NCBI GenBank assembly: GCA_052279835.1
Contig: CP181291.1
Location: forward strand, 3,456,001 to 3,520,000
Origin: Microcoleus sp.
Lineage (GTDB): Bacteria > Cyanobacteriota > Cyanobacteriia > Cyanobacteriales > Microcoleaceae
Direction: 5' to 3'
DNA length: 64,000 nucleotides
The notes below the pieces were generated by a model that was given only the letters and a program-made list of their open reading frames with translations, had not been told where the DNA came from and did not search any database. Position 1 is the stretch's first letter, and each line of letters opens with the position of its first letter. This document shows, piece by piece, positions 59,533-64,000 of the stretch. The translations under genes were made by a program, and so were the position numbers.

Positions 59533-59793
59533 ATGGTTACACCATCTCAAGTAGCGGAAATGATTCAGACTGGATTGCCAGACGCTAAAGTAAAAGTTGA
59601 TGATTTAACTGGTGGTGGCGACCACTACCAAGCCAGGGTAGTTTCTGCGGCCTTTGAAGGGAAAAGCCGAGTACAGCAACATCAACTGGTGTATGGTGCG
59701 CTCAAACAAGCAATGGCTAGTGAAGCCATCCACGCTTTGGCTTTGCAAACTTTCACTCCCGCAGAATGGGACGCGCAAAGTCAAGTGGCTTAA
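59533..59793 (+). CDS. bolA: BolA family protein
   Basis: [25 protein letters not shown]. Confidence 0.93.
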   Translation: MVTPSQVAEMIQTGLPDAKVKVDDLTGGGDHYQARVVSAAFEGKSRVQQHQLVYGALKQAMASEAIHALALQTFTPAEWDAQSQVA

Positions 59794-59898
59794 TTGTTGA
59801 GCGAGCAATTGAGTTCAGAAATTGGTTAATGTGTCAATAGTTGCTTAATCAGCAACTGTCACTGTTGAAAATTATTCAAGCAATATTTAGGAGCGACC

Positions 59899-60222
59899 AT
59901 GAGTACAGCAGCACATCAAAGAATTGACGACTTGGTTAAACAAAACAAAATCATGGTCTTTATGAAGGGCAATAAATTAATGCCCCAGTGCGGTTTTTCT
60001 AACAACGTAGTGCAAATTCTCAATACCTTGGGAGTGCCTTACGAAACTGTGGATGTTTTGGCAGACCAGGAAATTCGTCAGGGAGTAAAAGAATATTCCA
60101 ACTGGCCGACAATTCCCCAAGTTTATATTAACGGCGAATTTGTTGGTGGCTCGGATATTCTGATCGAAATGTATCAGAAAGGCGAATTGCAAGAAGCCGT
60201 AGAAGTTGCTTTAGCCTCTTAA
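59899..60222 (+). CDS. grxD: Monothiol glutaredoxin
   Basis: FMKG, PQCGFS, WPTIPQ, GGSD. Confidence 0.96.
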   Translation: MSTAAHQRIDDLVKQNKIMVFMKGNKLMPQCGFSNNVVQILNTLGVPYETVDVLADQEIRQGVKEYSNWPTIPQVYINGEFVGGSDILIEMYQKGELQEAVEVALAS

Positions 60223-60400
60223 ATCATGGGAGGGCAGAAATTTTGGAGTTCTGAATTTGGAACTCTAAATTTTCCTAAATTCCCAAATTCCCAAATTCCC
60301 AACCTTAACGGCTGTAGGGCGGACACGGCCGACCCTACAAAAATATGATTTTTTGTGCCGACAGATTCCAAACTGCTGACTATTACAGATAAATTTTGTA

Positions 60401-60649
60401 TTAGTAATAGCCGGATTCAGGCTGGGGCATGGGCATTTCAAAATTGGAGGGGTCGTGAATATAACGGGCGGCTTCTTCCTCCAATCTGTGAATCAGGTAG
60501 GGTTCTAAACCGTTTGAATGACGGAGGGCGGCCAAATACCCGTCTAAGTAGAGTCGCAGGTCATCAAAACGATAACCTCTATTCCACATTTCGACGAGGG
60601 CGTCGGTGAGTTTTTGGTAGTGCCGGATGGTTTGGGTGTCTTGAAGCAT
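60401..60649 (-). CDS. Conserved cyanobacterial small protein (DUF6761-like)
   Basis: MLQDTQTIRHYQKLTDALVE..RLYLDGYLAAL..IHRLEEE. Confidence 0.8.
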   Translation of the reverse strand: MLQDTQTIRHYQKLTDALVEMWNRGYRFDDLRLYLDGYLAALRHSNGLEPYLIHRLEEEAARYIHDPSNFEMPMPQPESGYY

Positions 60650-61234
60650 GGTGTGAGGTTGAAATCCTTTGTGGTTAGTACAATGACGGCGGGATTTAGA
60701 AAATGCTTCGACTGTGGCCCAATTGCTCAGGTCTAGGCTATTGCTAAATAACAATTTCTACCCTGCTAACAGGTTACCCTCCATAAAAAATTTCACGGGC
60801 TAGTTGGCACGACTCCATAGTGTAAACGCTAGATGGATGATTCATCCTGGGTTGAATAGAGTCGGGAAGTTATTTAATTTTATGGTCAAACTGTGTCAGT
60901 GGTCCGGCTACCGAGGGAACGGTGGTCGTTATTTTAGTTTGAGTTTGCAGATTTGTCAACTTCCCAGGATGGGATTTTTGGTTGGGAATCTGTTTTTGCC
61001 TAGGGTTGAGGCCGGCGAGTCGATCGACTGCATACTCTAATACTTTCATTGTAAGATAGTCACCAGAGTCCTGGAATCTTTCTGGAGTCTCAATCGGGGA
61101 AATTTGACAAAATTTTTAAAATTGTCACCCTTGTCTTGTTCATCGCTTTATAAGAAGCAACAGACACGACTTAAATCAAAACTCCAAACTCACAACTTAA
61201 TATTCCCCAATCACAGCCATAAAGTTTTGAATCT

Positions 61235-61936
61235 TCACCAAAGTCCTCTGACAGGCTGTGGTGTCCGTGCGGGTGCGGGGGCTGGGGCAAAGACGGGACG
61301 GGCTGGAGGCGCAGTGGTGGGCTGCACGCTGCGACGTGGTTCCACTGTCGTTGTCGTTTCGGTACCAGTTGTTTGAGTTGTCGTAGTCGATCGCATACTA
61401 TCCTGAAGCAATGTTTGCAAAGTCCCCGCTAAACCTTGAACTTTTGCTACCGCACCCCCAATTTTGGCAACATCTACATAAACTTCCGGCAAAGGATACT
61501 GTTTCAGGATTTCCAGCACCGAAACTTTCCCGTCATCGCTGGCTGCGAGGATCATCGCGGCGCGCAAAGCTTTGCCACTTTCTGTATTGCGTTGAGTCCG
61601 AATTGCTTGACCAACTTCGTCAGTAATTTTTTCTCCTGGGGTACTGTAGACTACCCGCGCTAGATTAGCTGGCTTTAAGCCAATTTCTAGGCCCATCAAC
61701 CCGCGCAGGGTTCCCGCATCCATTTTTGATACTCCGATAATTTGTCGGATGGTGGTGGTAGTTGTACCGTTTTTCGCAAAGTCTTCTAAGTCGCTGACAT
61801 TAATCGTTTGTCTGATGGGGCCAAAGGTGAGGACAACTTTTTCGGCGCCTAATGCTTTAGTATTCGTCGATAATATGCTAGCGCTTGCTCCTAAAAATAC
61901 GGTGATGCCGATCGATACAAATTTTGTTAACTTCAT
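61235..61936 (-). CDS. DUF1400 domain exported protein with Pro/Thr-rich tail
   Basis: Signal peptide, AEKV..FGP..I.V.DLE.FA..G, ALRAAMILAA, L..YP; PVRGLW C-terminus. Confidence 0.8.
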   Translation of the reverse strand: MKLTKFVSIGITVFLGASASILSTNTKALGAEKVVLTFGPIRQTINVSDLEDFAKNGTTTTTIRQIIGVSKMDAGTLRGLMGLEIGLKPANLARVVYSTPGEKITDEVGQAIRTQRNTESGKALRAAMILAASDDGKVSVLEILKQYPLPEVYVDVAKIGGAVAKVQGLAGTLQTLLQDSMRSTTTTQTTGTETTTTVEPRRSVQPTTAPPARPVFAPAPAPARTPQPVRGLW

Positions 61937-62147
61937 AATTGACTGCAAAATTAAAACTAATTAGATCCTCCTCCATTATTGTAGATGCAGCAGTTATATT
62001 CTACAAGCTCGCAACCATTTTTTTTTACAACAGCTACACATACAAGATTTTTTTTGATAAATTGTTCTCAGAATTAAGTTGAATATCCACCATTAATTCT
62101 GGGAAATGACCCCCATTAATTCCTTGGAAAATCAGTATAATTCCATC

Positions 62148-63830
62148 ATGTTAAAAGCCAAGCGTAAATCCCAGAAGTCTAAACGCAAACACAAACACAA
62201 ACACAAAAACCAATACCAACATCCAGGAATTAGTAAAAAAGAAATAGCTGCCCAAAAACGTAAAACTTCACAAAAGCGCAATGAACTCATCCAGGCGATC
62301 GCGATTTACACCTTAATCAGCACCGTTGTCATCATCCCCCTATTATTTGTTACCCGCGCCAAACTTGCCATTGCAGCAGGCTTCGCCGTAGCAATCTTGC
62401 TATTTTCCTACAAATATCCCCGTCAAGCTCTGTGGGCATTTCTGATTTACCTACCTTTTAGCGGGACCATCACTTACGCCATTGGCGGCGGAAATGCAGC
62501 ATTTCAAGTAGCAAAAGATGCTTTCTACATACCTGCTCTCATCGCCCTTATTCAAAGCTGCAAAAAGAAACAATTGCCCATCTTCCTTCCCAAAGAACTG
62601 ATTTTTACCTTCAGCATCCTCTTCATGATGGCAATGCTGACTTTAATTTTTGTCAACGGGGATATGCAGCTTAACCCCATGAAGGGTGAGAAACCCTTGC
62701 TGCAAGGAATTGTCGGCTTAAAAGTATTGATCGGTTACATACCGCTGATCGCCAGTACCTATTATCTGATCCGCACTAAGAAAGATTTGATATTTTTTAG
62801 TCGAATGCACATCATTTTAGCGATCGTCTGCTGCATTTTGGGTTTAATTCAGTATCTATTGCTGCAAAGTGGGAGGTGCGCCGGCACGCGAGGAATGTCG
62901 GGAGCAGAGTTATATAAAGCCACCTTACAAGCTAGATGTTTGGTTGGTGGTTCTCTAGTATTTAGTCCCGAAGTCAAGTTTATCCGTTTACCAGGCACTT
63001 TTGTCGCCCCTTGGCAGTGGGCATGGTTTTTAATTTCCAATGCTTTTTTGACCTTTGCTGCTGCTTTTTGCGACCCTTCCTTCTGGTGGCGAACCATCGG
63101 TTTATTTGGCATGGCATTAGTATTTGCCAACGCCGTTATTTCTGGTCAAAGAGCTGCTTTAGTTATGGTTCCCGGTGCTACCTTTGTGCTACTAATTCTC
63201 ACCGGTCAATTAGTAAATTTTAAAAGATTCATTCCCATTGGTGCAGGACTTGCTATCTTACTATTTGTCGGTGCAGCCATTAACCCAGGAATTATCGAGC
63301 AGCGGTGGGAGAGTTTTATTAACCGCTGGAATGCCGCGCCACCCCAACAGTTTCTGTTTAATCAATTCGAGCAGAGCCATAATTTTATTATTGACAGAAA
63401 TCTGGGGAGAGGTGTGGGAAGAGCGACGAATTCAACCCGGACTTTTGGTGCAACGCAACTCATAGAAACTTTTCAACCTAAGTTGATGTACGAACTCGGT
63501 TATCCGGGAATGATTGCTTTTCAGCTCATGGTGTTACACTTAGCTTTTCTAACTTTTAGAGCTTACCGTTCTGTGAAAGACAAAAATTTACGGACCTATG
63601 GAGCTAGTTTTTGGGTATTTGTGGCATTTATTACCATCAATACTCAATACTATCCGCTGGATGTAGATCCAGTATCCGTTTATTACTGGGTTTTGGCTGG
63701 GGCTATCTTGAAGTTGCCAAAAATTGACAAACAGGTGCAGGAGGAAAAAAACGAGGAAGTTGATGTAGATGAATTACCCGATCGCCAACAATTAAAGGAG
63801 AAAAAGATTCTAGCATCTTCCCCCATTTGA
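62148..63830 (+). CDS. hpsL: Hormogonium polysaccharide biosynthesis protein HpsL (O-antigen ligase-like membrane protein)
   Basis: FLIYLPFSGTITY, IRLPGTFVAPWQWAWFL, ISGQR, GRATNS, YYPLDVDPV. Confidence 0.85.
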   Translation: MLKAKRKSQKSKRKHKHKHKNQYQHPGISKKEIAAQKRKTSQKRNELIQAIAIYTLISTVVIIPLLFVTRAKLAIAAGFAVAILLFSYKYPRQALWAFLIYLPFSGTITYAIGGGNAAFQVAKDAFYIPALIALIQSCKKKQLPIFLPKELIFTFSILFMMAMLTLIFVNGDMQLNPMKGEKPLLQGIVGLKVLIGYIPLIASTYYLIRTKKDLIFFSRMHIILAIVCCILGLIQYLLLQSGRCAGTRGMSGAELYKATLQARCLVGGSLVFSPEVKFIRLPGTFVAPWQWAWFLISNAFLTFAAAFCDPSFWWRTIGLFGMALVFANAVISGQRAALVMVPGATFVLLILTGQLVNFKRFIPIGAGLAILLFVGAAINPGIIEQRWESFINRWNAAPPQQFLFNQFEQSHNFIIDRNLGRGVGRATNSTRTFGATQLIETFQPKLMYELGYPGMIAFQLMVLHLAFLTFRAYRSVKDKNLRTYGASFWVFVAFITINTQYYPLDVDPVSVYYWVLAGAILKLPKIDKQVQEEKNEEVDVDELPDRQQLKEKKILASSPI

Positions 63831-64000
63831 AAATAGAGACTAGGCGATTGAAGTCACTCAAAAGTAAACGAAGTCCACTCCTAGCGGACTCCGAGAAAAT
63901 TTTAAATTTTGAGTGGGATTATTGAGGTTGCCAAACTGGAGTGCTAGCATTCAAGTCATTGTTACTACTCAATTTAATCACTCCCGAACCGTCGCGATTG

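Noticed and set aside
60650..61234. ncRNA or riboswitch in the long intergenic region
   Set aside because: No recognisable conserved motif or convincing structure by eye; needs an Rfam search

Overview
64 kb of chromosome from a filamentous cyanobacterium, inferred from chlG, chlH, hpsL, cdv3, dense HIP1 GCGATCGC sites and a Microcoleus/Tychonema-like repeat repertoire. Housekeeping genes (chlG, PBP1A, rsmB, glyQ, chlH, feoAABC, coaD-cdv3, bolA-grxD, hpsL) alternate with two accessory blocks. Block 1 (~5.1-21.4 kb) holds 2x Uma2, a two-gene STAND/AAA ATPase module whose large subunit has 14 near-identical 102-bp TPR repeats, NADAR, GNAT, duplicated NfeD-like genes, an Rpn nuclease with an internal RBS, HigBA, an HTH-NACHT protein and XisH/XisI. 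Block 2 (~34.5-39.9 kb) holds an MNT-like/HEPN pair, orphan antitoxins, a PadR operon, DUF433/PIN and an orphan C5 methyltransferase. The window also has an intact IS5-family element, three RTX-like surface-protein paralogs plus the scar of a fourth, many palindromic miniature repeats (one translated in-frame inside rsmB) and a perfect (GAGTAAAC)34 array. Three single-base frameshifts (chlH, feoA, a small gene) are probably assembly errors. The best candidate for an undescribed system is the effector-less paired STAND ATPase locus with a shuffled TPR sensor (6098-11711). No rRNA, tRNA or CRISPR array was seen. All family calls come from motif recognition, not database searches.
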